Shown: positions 1 to 7,877, counted from the first letter of the stretch. The stretch is 32,000 nucleotides of DNA from Massilicoli timonensis (GCF_900199515.1 NZ_LT963434.1:1113272-1145271); one strand, 5' to 3'. Program-made: numbers and translations. The notes: generated from the letters alone by a model not told the origin.

Positions 1-1
1 A

Positions 2-2818
2 TCATTTCTTTAATACCTTCTGTAAATACTGACCCGTATAAGAGGCTTTCACCTGCGCAATTTCCTCCGGTGTTCCGCAGGCGACGATATTGCCGCCTTC
101 ATCTCCGCCCTCCGGACCAATATCAATAATATAATCTGCACATTTGATAATGTCAAGATTATGCTCGATCACGATGACCGTATCGCCGTTATCCACAATG
201 CGCTGCAATACCTCTAACAGCTTTGCCACATCGGCGGTATGCAAGCCCGTCGTCGGTTCATCTAGCAGAAACAGCGTTTTCCCGGTCGCCTTCTTCTGCA
301 GCTCACTGGCAAGCTTCACTCGCTGTGCTTCGCCGCCGGATAAGGTGGTAGCGCTCTGTCCTAATTTGATATAGCCTAATCCGACATCTTTTAAGATCTG
401 CAGTTTATGTTTGATCTTATGTACACTGGAAAAGAAGGAAATTCCTTCTTCCACGCTCATTTCCAGTACATCGTAAATATTTTTCCCTTTATAAGTAACC
501 TGCAATGTCTCTTCATTATAGCGTTTTCCGCCGCATTCCTCGCAAGGTACGAATACATCCGGCAAAAAGTGCATGGAAATACGCAGGATCCCATCACCCT
601 GACACGCTTCACAGCGGCCGCCTTTCACATTGAAGGAAAAACGCCCTTTTTCATAACCGCGCATTTTTGCTTCCGGCGTTTGCGCAAACAGATCGCGGAT
701 ATCGTCAAATACACCGGTATAAGTTGCCGGATTGGAACGCGGCGTACGGCCGATCGGATCTTGGGAAATATCAATGATCTTATCAATATGCTCTAAGCCT
801 TTGATCTTTTTATGCTTGCCCGGCTTGATTCGCACTCTGCCCAGCGCATGCGCAACGCCTTTGGAAAGCACTTCTGTGACCAAAGAGGATTTTCCGCTGC
901 CGCTTACCCCGGTTACGACCGTAAAGGTGCCAAGGGGAATCGTCGCATTGACATGTTTTAAGTTGTTCTCATAAGCGTCAACGATCTGTAACTTCTTGCC
1001 GTTGCCTTTGCGGCGGTCTTTCGGCACTTCAATGCGTTTGCGCCCAGACAGATAAGCGCCGGTGATCGAATGTTCATTCGCCATCACTTCTTCCGGTGTA
1101 CCTGCCGCTACCACTTCTCCGCCATGCACGCCGGCACCCGGTCCGATGTCAATGATATAATCGCTGGCACGCATCGTGTCCTCATCATGTTCTACTACGA
1201 TCAAGGAGTTGCCTAAATCACGCATATTTTTCAAAGAGTTGATCAAGCGGTCATTATCGCGCTGATGCAAGCCGATGCTTGGTTCATCTAGCACATACAG
1301 CACTCCGCTTAAATGCGAACCGATCTGCGTAGCCAAACGAATACGCTGCGCTTCACCGCCTGATAACGTGCCGGCTAAACGATCCAGCGTCAAATATGCC
1401 AGCCCTACATCATTTAAGAAGCTCAGACGCTCCTTGATTTCCTTTAAGATCAATCGCGCAATATCCGTCTGCTGCTTCGTTAATTGCAGTTCCTCCATAA
1501 ACTGCAAAGCCTGCTTGACCGACATCTGCGTCCATTCATAAATATTCTTGCCGCCGACATACACTGCCAATGCCTGTTCATTCAAGCGTTTCCCGCCGCA
1601 GTCAGGACATGGCGCTTCCGCTAAAAAGCTCGCATACCACTCTCTTGCCATCGACGAGGTCGTTTCCAGATGGCGGCGTTCGATCAGCGTACAAACACCT
1701 TCGATCACTTCATATTTATCCATATAGCCGGAACGTGTCCTGATCTGATAGCGGATCGGCTCATCCGCACCATATAAAATATAGCGCATTTCTTTTTTGC
1801 TGAGCTCCTTGATCGGCTTATCCAGATCGATCTGATAATGCTCGCAAAGCGCACGAAACCGCTGCCATTCGATATTGTCCTTGGCAATGATGTTTTTATA
1901 ATACGTGATGCCGCCCTCGCGAATGCTGAGCGAACGGTTCGGAATCAGATAATCGACATCCACCTTCATCGTAATCCCAAGCCCCTTGCAGGTCGGACAT
2001 GCCCCAAACGGCGCATTGAATGAGAACAGCCGCGGTTCCAGCTTCGGAATAGAAAAACCGCAGTATTTACAGGAATAGTTGGAAGAAAACAAGATTTCTT
2101 CATCACCATGCACGACTACCGCCAGACCATCTGACAACCGCAGGGCTGTTTCCAGCGAGTCATGCACACGCGAACGATCCTCACTTTTTACGATACGATC
2201 CACTACGACATCAATATCATGCTTTTTATTTTTCTCAAGCGCCGGCACATCTTCTAACAGCATCACATCGCCGTCCACTCTGGCGCGCACATACCCTTCC
2301 TTTGCCAGTTTTTCTAACAGATCTTTATGCGTTCCTTTTTTTCCATGCACCACCGGCGCCAAAATCATCAGCCGCGCTTTATCCGGCAGTTCCATTACCC
2401 GATCTACCATCTGCTTGATCGTCTGGGAAGTGATCGGCTCGTGATGGATCGGACAGTATGGCACCCCGATGCGTGCATAAAGCAAACGCAGGTAGTCATA
2501 AATTTCTGTAACCGTTCCTACCGTAGAACGCGGATTATTACTGGTTGTCTTCTGATCGATCGAGATTGCCGGAGAAAGGCCCTCAATACTGTCTACATCC
2601 GGTTTCTCACTATTGCCTAAAAACTGCCGGGCATAGGCGCTTAACGATTCCACATAACGCCGCTGTCCTTCCGCATAGATCGTATCAAATGCCAGCGATG
2701 TTTTTCCTGATCCCGATACACCTGTCATAATGACAAATTGATCTCTGGGAATCTCTAAATCGATATTCTTCAGGTTGTTTTCTCTTGCTCCTTTTATGGT
2801 TATTACATCATGTTTCAT
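2..2818 (-). CDS. uvrA: Excinuclease ABC subunit A (UvrA), 938 aa
   Basis: Two ABC modules with Walker A GVSGSGKTS and GVSGSGKSS. LSGGEAQR signature occurs twice. Cys-rich zinc modules are present (CKYCGFS..CPTCKGLG; CEACQGDG..CEECGGKRY). Start moved from the ORF-track 2887 to ATG 2816-2818 (MKHDVITIKGARENNLKN, the canonical UvrA N-terminus) with GGGTGAT upstream. Stop TGA at 2-4. Confidence 0.97.
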   Translation of the reverse strand: MKHDVITIKGARENNLKNIDLEIPRDQFVIMTGVSGSGKTSLAFDTIYAEGQRRYVESLSAYARQFLGNSEKPDVDSIEGLSPAISIDQKTTSNNPRSTVGTVTEIYDYLRLLYARIGVPYCPIHHEPITSQTIKQMVDRVMELPDKARLMILAPVVHGKKGTHKDLLEKLAKEGYVRARVDGDVMLLEDVPALEKNKKHDIDVVVDRIVKSEDRSRVHDSLETALRLSDGLAVVVHGDEEILFSSNYSCKYCGFSIPKLEPRLFSFNAPFGACPTCKGLGITMKVDVDYLIPNRSLSIREGGITYYKNIIAKDNIEWQRFRALCEHYQIDLDKPIKELSKKEMRYILYGADEPIRYQIRTRSGYMDKYEVIEGVCTLIERRHLETTSSMAREWYASFLAEAPCPDCGGKRLNEQALAVYVGGKNIYEWTQMSVKQALQFMEELQLTKQQTDIARLILKEIKERLSFLNDVGLAYLTLDRLAGTLSGGEAQRIRLATQIGSHLSGVLYVLDEPSIGLHQRDNDRLINSLKNMRDLGNSLIVVEHDEDTMRASDYIIDIGPGAGVHGGEVVAAGTPEEVMANEHSITGAYLSGRKRIEVPKDRRKGNGKKLQIVDAYENNLKHVNATIPLGTFTVVTGVSGSGKSSLVTEVLSKGVAHALGRVRIKPGKHKKIKGLEHIDKIIDISQDPIGRTPRSNPATYTGVFDDIRDLFAQTPEAKMRGYEKGRFSFNVKGGRCEACQGDGILRISMHFLPDVFVPCEECGGKRYNEETLQVTYKGKNIYDVLEMSVEEGISFFSSVHKIKHKLQILKDVGLGYIKLGQSATTLSGGEAQRVKLASELQKKATGKTLFLLDEPTTGLHTADVAKLLEVLQRIVDNGDTVIVIEHNLDIIKCADYIIDIGPEGGDEGGNIVACGTPEEIAQVKASYTGQYLQKVLKK

Positions 2819-3122
2819 AGTATCACCCGCTTTTCTTACATTAGTCTTGCAATATCCGTAACGAATATACGCATACATTATACACAAAAGTAAAAAAAAG
2901 TTCTAACTGTTCACACCATTATTTCCCTTTTTTTCATCTACCTGCTTTTATCAAGTGTACCTGTATTCCAAGTTTTATAAAAACGGCTATTCCTATCTGT
3001 TTTGTGCATATCGCATATGATGAAAATTACGCTTTCGTCAGAGCCTTTCTCCTTATAGAAGGATCGCCATGGCAAAATAGACAGGCACAGGAAATGTGAG
3101 CATGAGTGATTTTTGAAAATCT

Positions 3123-3151
3123 CTTGACCTTTTTAGGGCTATATGGTATTC
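3123..3151 (+). promoter_or_regulatory. Sigma-A-type promoter upstream of the decayed PNPOx gene
   Basis: TTGACC (3123-3128), 17-nt spacer, TATTCT (3146-3151), preceded by TGG (extended -10). Confidence 0.45.
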
Positions 3152-3158
3152 TAAGCAA

Positions 3159-3234
3159 GAATAAGTTTCTGCCGAGAAACGCTTATTTTTGCTCCATTAG
3201 GCCATTGAAGGAGTAAGAGTAAGCGTTTATTTTT
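3159..3234 (+). promoter_or_regulatory. Attenuator-like leader with two mutually exclusive terminator-like hairpins
   Basis: Hairpin A pairs AATAAGTTTCT (3159-3169) with AGAAACGCTTATT (3174-3186) and is followed by a T-run. The segment AAACGCTTA (3176-3184) can instead pair with TAAGCGTTT (3219-3227), which is followed by T6 (3229-3234). Confidence 0.35.
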
Positions 3235-3254
3235 TATGGATTATGGAGGTCTAT

Positions 3255-3717
3255 ATGGTATTTCGAGAAATGAGAAGAAAAAAGTAGGTGCTATCTCAAA
3301 AAGAAGTTTAGGATATTTTGCTTAAGGGGACATCTAGTGCGCTTGCCCTTTTAGGCGACAATGATTATCCTTACGCCGTTCCAATCAGTTATGTGTATGA
3401 CGACGGAAAAATCTATTTTCACAGTGCAAAAAGTGTCGTTTTGTGTGATTGATAAAGATTTAGTTATGCCGGAGGAGTCCACGACTTATTTTAGAAGTGT
3501 AATTGCTTTTGGACGAATATGGATAATCTAAGATAATAGCGAAAAGAGAGCAGCGATAGAAAAATTGGCAATCAAATATGCGCCGGAAGATATTGCCGCA
3601 AACCGTGATGATGCCATAAGCCGTGAGTGGAAACCTCTTTGTATGTTGGAAATGACAATCGACTATGTTACAGGAAAGGAGGCGATAGAACTTGTAAAAG
3701 AAAGGGAAAATAATTAA
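3255..3717 (+). pseudogene. Pyridoxamine 5'-phosphate oxidase family (Nim-like flavin-binding) gene, disrupted
   Basis: Conceptual translation reads MVFREMRRKK*VLSQKEV*DILLKGTSSALALLGDNDYPYAVPISYVYDDGKIYFHSAKS, then in the +1 frame FCVIDKDLVMPEESTTYFRSVIAFGRIWII*DNSEKRAAIEKLAIKYAPEDIAANRDDAISREWKPLCMLEMTIDYVTGKEAIELVKERENN*. Lesions are in-frame TAG at 3285-3287 and 3309-3311, a deletion/frameshift near 3435-3440, and TAA at 3529-3531. GGAGG RBS before ATG 3255. Confidence 0.8.
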
Positions 3718-3756
3718 ATAAAATCAGCCCGCCGGGGTTTCATTTTGTTGTGTAGT

Positions 3757-3790
3757 AGGCCAGCGTTACACAAACGCTAGCCTTTTTTAT
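3757..3790 (+). terminator. Rho-independent terminator after the pseudogene, abutting the MATE RBS
   Basis: Stem AGGCCAGCGTT (3757-3767) / AACGCTAGCCT (3773-3783) with one mismatch, loop ACACA, then a T6 tract. Confidence 0.6.
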
Positions 3791-3811
3791 TTGTTAGGAG
3801 GATTGATTATC

Positions 3812-5116
3812 ATGTATGAAGGCAAATCATACACTTTATTTGCCAAATATGCCGTACCGCAAATGATTGGGTTACTGTTCAACTCAGTCTATATGATCGT
3901 TGACGGTATATTCATTGGCAATCGACTTGGCCGCGACGCTATGGCAGCCGCAGCCGTTTCTGTTCCGCTCGTCGAAATACTGATTGCATTGTCTATGGCG
4001 GTTGCCACAGGTGCGGGAGTTTTGATTTCTGCACATCTCGGTCAGGGTGAGAAAGAAAAAGCACGCCACATTTTTAGCCTTGCTGCACTATGCACGGCTG
4101 TTATGGGTCTGCTGATTAGTGTATTGGGAAATATTTTTATACACCCGCTTGCTGAACTCTTAGGCTCAGCTCCGGTTATCCACGACGAAGCAATCAGTTA
4201 TATGCGGTACATTGTTACCTTTTCCCCATTCCTGCTTTTCAGTTTCTTATTAAGCGGTCTAGTGCGTAATGATAACCGTCCAAAACTTGCCATGTTTGCT
4301 CTTATGTTTGGCTCTGTATCAAATATTGTTTTGGACTATGTGTTTATGTATCCCTTAAACATGGGTATTGCCGGTGCAGCGTTGGCTACTGCACTTGGTC
4401 CTATTTTCAGCGTTTTAATCATGCTGCCCCATTTTATATTCAAACGCGGAAATTTGTATTTAACAAAGTTCAAATTGAAATGGAAAAATCTCTGTTCTGT
4501 TTATGTACTTGGCTTTCCGTCTTTTATTATGGAGTTTACGATTGGCATTATTACCTTTGTGTATAACTTTGCCATTGTGCATTATGGATTTAGGGAAATT
4601 GGTCTTGCGGCTTACCTTGTAATTGGTTATTTGATGTTGATTATTTTGACGCTGTTTCTTGGCATGGCGCAGGGCTTGCAACCCGTGTTTAGTTATTTTA
4701 TGGGAACAGGAGAAGAAAAACGGAGCAAATCTCTGCTTGGCTTTTCCATTAAAGCGTTTTTAGCAATAGGCGTTTTGTGCTATGTCTTGATCGTGTTCTT
4801 CTCTCGCGGCTTTTTCTCTATTTTCAATCCGGGAGATATTGAACTGATCAACTTTATGGAGAGTAAAAGTCTGCCTTACTTTTCCGGTTTCTTCCTTGCA
4901 GGATTTAATATTTTAATGATTTCCTATTGGCAGGCAAACGAGCGTACAAGTAAAGCCCTTGCGGTATCTCTATCCCGTAGCGTAATATGGCCGCCAATTT
5001 TAATTGCCGTTCTTCCGCTGATTTTTGGCAGCGAAGCCGTATGGCTCTGCCATTCTATCAGCGAAGTTATGACGGCGGTTACAGCAGGTGTTTTGATTGT
5101 TTTGTTGAAACATTAA
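3812..5116 (+). CDS. MATE family multidrug/toxin efflux transporter, 434 aa
   Basis: About 12 predicted TM segments. N-terminal motif YAVPQMIGLLFNSVYMIVDGIFIGNRLG is typical of MATE/MepA-like proteins. Start set at ATG 3812, 7 nt after AGGAGG; the ORF-track TTG at 3791 is rejected. Confidence 0.88.
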   Translation: MYEGKSYTLFAKYAVPQMIGLLFNSVYMIVDGIFIGNRLGRDAMAAAAVSVPLVEILIALSMAVATGAGVLISAHLGQGEKEKARHIFSLAALCTAVMGLLISVLGNIFIHPLAELLGSAPVIHDEAISYMRYIVTFSPFLLFSFLLSGLVRNDNRPKLAMFALMFGSVSNIVLDYVFMYPLNMGIAGAALATALGPIFSVLIMLPHFIFKRGNLYLTKFKLKWKNLCSVYVLGFPSFIMEFTIGIITFVYNFAIVHYGFREIGLAAYLVIGYLMLIILTLFLGMAQGLQPVFSYFMGTGEEKRSKSLLGFSIKAFLAIGVLCYVLIVFFSRGFFSIFNPGDIELINFMESKSLPYFSGFFLAGFNILMISYWQANERTSKALAVSLSRSVIWPPILIAVLPLIFGSEAVWLCHSISEVMTAVTAGVLIVLLKH

Positions 5117-5415
5117 GAGACGGAAAGAAAAGGAATAGGTAATTGATTAAATCCGTAATTATTTAATCTTTACTTTATCTACCTTTATTTAATTGTGTTG
5201 GATTTTCCGACATCGGGTAATTCAACACCGGAAGCCGGAATGACACACAGAGTTCGTTTCGCGCGAATAGTAATATGAATTGCCATAGTAATGTTACGCG
5301 ATAGAGGACGAAAAAGCCTAGATTTAAGCGGCTTACAGATACGAAAATATCAAAGGTAAGGGATTTATGCCTTTTCCCTCAAAAATGAGATTCTACTGCG
5401 TAACAATGCGGAGAT

Positions 5416-5468
5416 AGAAAAACAGAGAGCCGACCACTTTCAAAATGGTAAGCTCTCTGTTTCTGTTT
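5416..5468. terminator. Bidirectional intrinsic terminator between the convergent MATE and ATPase genes
   Basis: ACAGAGAGC (5422-5430) / GCTCTCTGT (5452-5460), a 9-bp stem with an inner ACCA/TGGT pairing. An A-run lies upstream and a T-rich run downstream. Confidence 0.55.
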
Positions 5469-5547
5469 GCAAACCTGTTTGTCAGCCGTTAAGTTAGTTT
5501 ACTTGTGATACTTCCTTATCGGTGTTCATCTAATGATGGTCCCTTTT

Positions 5548-6876
5548 CTATTCTGATTGCAAGATTTGTTTCTCCTGCTCCAACAGAAATTCTACTGTAT
5601 AAAGAGGAAAGTAGTGAATCTGATGCACTTCGTCATATCCAATATTTTTCTTAGAGAAACGATAGGACTGTTTCGGCTGATATTTTTTCACATAGTTTCT
5701 AAAAGAAATAGAAGCAGTATGAACGCCGGCTTTTACTTCGATCGGTGTGATCTCTCCCTCATATTCTACAATAAAGTCAATTTCCGTTGATTGACTAGGT
5801 TCATAATAATAACAGGTTTTATGATACTGTGCTAACATCTGTGCCACTACATTTTCATATAGCGCCCCTTGATAAATTCCCATTTCATCATCTAAGATCG
5901 CTTTAATATCCCCATCATGCAGCTGTGATAAAAAGAGTCCGCAGTCTGCCATAAAAATCTTAAAAACGGCCAATTCCACCTGGGCCGTGATCGGTTTTGC
6001 GATATGAGACAGTCGATTGACTTTAATGATCAACCCACTATCCGCAAGCCATTTCAAACTGGCATCATAGTATCTGGCATTATATCCTTTTTTTACTACA
6101 CTATATTGGAATTTCTGATTTTCTTTTGCCAGCTGCAATGGAATAGAAGCAAAGCACTCTCGTATTTTCAGTGCGTTCGCTCCATCTGCATATTTCACCA
6201 TATCCTGTAGATAATCATTGACGATCCCTCTTTGAATACGCAGGCATTCAATATAAGATTTTGTTTCTTTATATTTTTTTACAACTTCCGGCATTCCTCC
6301 GACTATTAAATAAGTCTTGAATAACTCATTCATTTTCTCATGTAATACTTCCGGCAGTGGTGTTTTCAAAAACACTGCTTCTTTTAATTGATCCAGCAGC
6401 GCTTCGCTGATTCCCATTGCCATTAGAAATTCCATGAAAGACATCGGCTTCATTTCCCATGTTTCTACATAGCGCATCGGATAAGAGGAAGTCCTCGAAA
6501 TCGCGACGTCTAATAAACTGCCTGAACAGATAATATCACATGGGAATTCTTCTGCCATAAACTTCAAGGCAGTAAGCGCATCCGGGCATGCCTGAATTTC
6601 ATCCATAAACAATAGTGTCTGCGAATCAAAGCTTTTATCAAGATAAGATAACTGTAAATATTCCAATAGTTCTTTCGGCTTATGGGTCTTTTCAAAGATC
6701 CTTTTTAATTCCAAATCTCTTTCAAAATTGATTTCCACCATATCCTGATATGCCGTTCTGGCAAATTCTCTGATGATATACGTTTTCCCTACCTGTCTGG
6801 CGCCTTTAATGATCAGTGGCCGTTTATCCGGTTTTTGTTTCCATATTCGCAACTGATTTAGTATTGTTCTTTTCAT
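5548..6876 (-). CDS. AAA+ ATPase with C-terminal DUF4143-like (PD-(D/E)xK-like) domain, COG1373 type, 442 aa
   Basis: Walker A GARQVGKT and Walker B LLFMDEIQ. C-terminal EIDFIVEYEGEITPIEVKAG resembles a D..E.K restriction-endonuclease-fold motif. Confidence 0.8.
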   Translation of the reverse strand: MKRTILNQLRIWKQKPDKRPLIIKGARQVGKTYIIREFARTAYQDMVEINFERDLELKRIFEKTHKPKELLEYLQLSYLDKSFDSQTLLFMDEIQACPDALTALKFMAEEFPCDIICSGSLLDVAISRTSSYPMRYVETWEMKPMSFMEFLMAMGISEALLDQLKEAVFLKTPLPEVLHEKMNELFKTYLIVGGMPEVVKKYKETKSYIECLRIQRGIVNDYLQDMVKYADGANALKIRECFASIPLQLAKENQKFQYSVVKKGYNARYYDASLKWLADSGLIIKVNRLSHIAKPITAQVELAVFKIFMADCGLFLSQLHDGDIKAILDDEMGIYQGALYENVVAQMLAQYHKTCYYYEPSQSTEIDFIVEYEGEITPIEVKAGVHTASISFRNYVKKYQPKQSYRFSKKNIGYDEVHQIHYFPLYTVEFLLEQEKQILQSE

Positions 6877-6891
6877 ACCATCACCGTTATC

Positions 6892-6900
6892 ATTATACCA
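6892..6900 (-). promoter_or_regulatory. Extended -10 element for the ATPase gene
   Basis: The minus strand reads TGGTATAAT (reverse complement of 6892-6900), about 15 nt upstream of the RBS/ATG at 6876. No good -35 hexamer. Confidence 0.4.
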
Positions 6901-6926
6901 CGAATCTTGTTAATATTGCATAAGTT

Positions 6927-7005
6927 CGATAAAAATATGCACGAATGCATAAAAATATCGATAAAAATATGCATAAACGCATAAATTTATCGATAAAAAT
7001 ATGTA
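6927..7005. repeat. 32-bp tandem direct repeat, about 2.5 copies, each starting CGATAAAAATATGCA
   Basis: Units start at 6927, 6959 and 6991, an exact 32-nt period. Units 1 and 2 match at 27/32 positions. Unit 3 keeps the first 13 nt. Each unit carries two ATGCA(T/C)AAA-like submotifs, and a related AATATTGCATAAG lies at about 6911-6923. Confidence 0.85.
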
Positions 7006-7175
7006 TCAATAGATGGTTCTATAAATTTCCCCTGTTTTTGCCGTTGATGGATACCTGTTCTTTTCCGATAACAGCACAGGATTTTCCCAAAAACAACAAT
7101 CCCTATCTCCTGTACTGCTGAAATCTCTTAAAAACAAGATCCATAACGGAAACAAATAATATCCTATCCTCCAGT

Positions 7176-7526
7176 TCAATGGAAAGATTCCTTTTGCTTT
7201 TGATATTTAACTTTTATTTTCAGAAAAGCATATCCATACCAAATAACAATATAGATCGCAGCACATACGATAAACAGCCATATCCATGCGGTAAAATAAG
7301 AACCGATTGCACCCAGTTGTATCAATAAAAATATCCGAAAAAACAGTTTTGCATCCAGCGCCGTCGCATCTTCCCAATATTTTTCCTGCACCTCTTTCGG
7401 CAAATCCTCTTTTAATTCATAATCATTGAACAGTGATTCCCAACTCTTCTTTTTGCGCAAGTGAAGCAAGGTGCCAAACACCGCCAATACAAAAAGATCG
7501 ACAATACCAAAAATGATCCAGTACAT
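7176..7526 (-). CDS. Small hypothetical membrane protein, 116 aa
   Basis: One N-terminal and two C-terminal hydrophobic helices flank a charged linker. AGAGGTG RBS about 7 nt before the ATG. It has its own promoter-like element. I recognise no family. Confidence 0.55.
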   Translation of the reverse strand: MYWIIFGIVDLFVLAVFGTLLHLRKKKSWESLFNDYELKEDLPKEVQEKYWEDATALDAKLFFRIFLLIQLGAIGSYFTAWIWLFIVCAAIYIVIWYGYAFLKIKVKYQKQKESFH

Positions 7527-7546
7527 AGAACTTCACCTCTGCTTTC

Positions 7547-7575
7547 ATTCTAGCATGCGCCTATGGCAAAGACAA
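7547..7575 (-). promoter_or_regulatory. Promoter for the small membrane protein gene
   Basis: Minus strand: TTGTCT (7575-7570), 17-nt spacer, TGC-TAGAAT (extended -10; TAGAAT = reverse complement of 7547-7552). Confidence 0.45.
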
Positions 7576-7591
7576 GCGATTGTTTCTCAAC

Positions 7592-7612
7592 AAAAAAGAG
7601 GGAAGTTCCCTC
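7592..7612 (-). terminator. Intrinsic terminator ending the ctp-uvrB-parB-like transcription unit
   Basis: Minus strand reads GAGGGA-ACT-TCCCTC followed by T6, starting right at the stop codon of the 87-aa ORF. Confidence 0.6.
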
Positions 7613-7876
7613 CTAATGATGATTCATCAAATGCCAGCTTCCCTGCGTGCGCATGCTGCCGTCGTTTTCAATGAGCGCAGGCACTTCTGTTTCTTTCTTT
7701 AACGCTGCCAGCACGCTGAGCCGTTTGTGTCCGTCAAGGCAGACATAACTGTCATTTTGCCAGCGCAAGCGCAAAGGAAAGACAATGCCGATACGCTCCA
7801 TGCTTTCTGCTAATGCCGTTGGATAAGCGCACTTGGTAAAGATGATCTGACTGCTTGGGATATGATGCACTTTCAT
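7613..7876 (-). CDS. Stand-alone ParB N-terminal (ParB/sulfiredoxin-fold) domain protein, 87 aa
   Basis: VHHIPSSQIIF...LAESMERIGIVFPLRLRWQNDSYVCLDGHKRLSVLAAL follows the ParB-N layout (I..I.p, SI...G...P, xDGxxRxxA). Its ATG (7874-7876) lies 1 nt from the uvrB stop (7878-7880). Confidence 0.55.
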   Translation of the reverse strand: MKVHHIPSSQIIFTKCAYPTALAESMERIGIVFPLRLRWQNDSYVCLDGHKRLSVLAALKKETEVPALIENDGSMRTQGSWHLMNHH

Positions 7877-7877
7877 A

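Noticed and set aside
2819-2887. N-terminal extensions in the ORF track: uvrA +23 aa, tilS +59 aa (30531-30707), aldolase +11 aa, recombinase +12 aa, hpt +6 aa, yhhQ +15 aa, MATE +7 aa, membrane protein +11 aa
   Set aside because: In each case an internal ATG has a properly spaced SD and reproduces the canonical family N-terminus. The extensions overlap promoters, terminators or upstream genes.
2819-2960. LexA/Cheo SOS box (GAAC-N4-GTTC) upstream of uvrA; also looked for upstream of the ctp-uvrB unit
   Set aside because: Only partial or direct-repeat matches were seen (CGAATATACG; GAACAGTTAGAAC on the minus strand). No inverted GAAC..GTTC was found, so no SOS operator is claimed.
6927-7022. 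Possible CRISPR array, because of the 32-bp-period repeats
   Set aside because: The units are contiguous tandem copies with no unique spacers. They are extremely AT-rich, there are only about 2.5 copies, and no cas genes are nearby.
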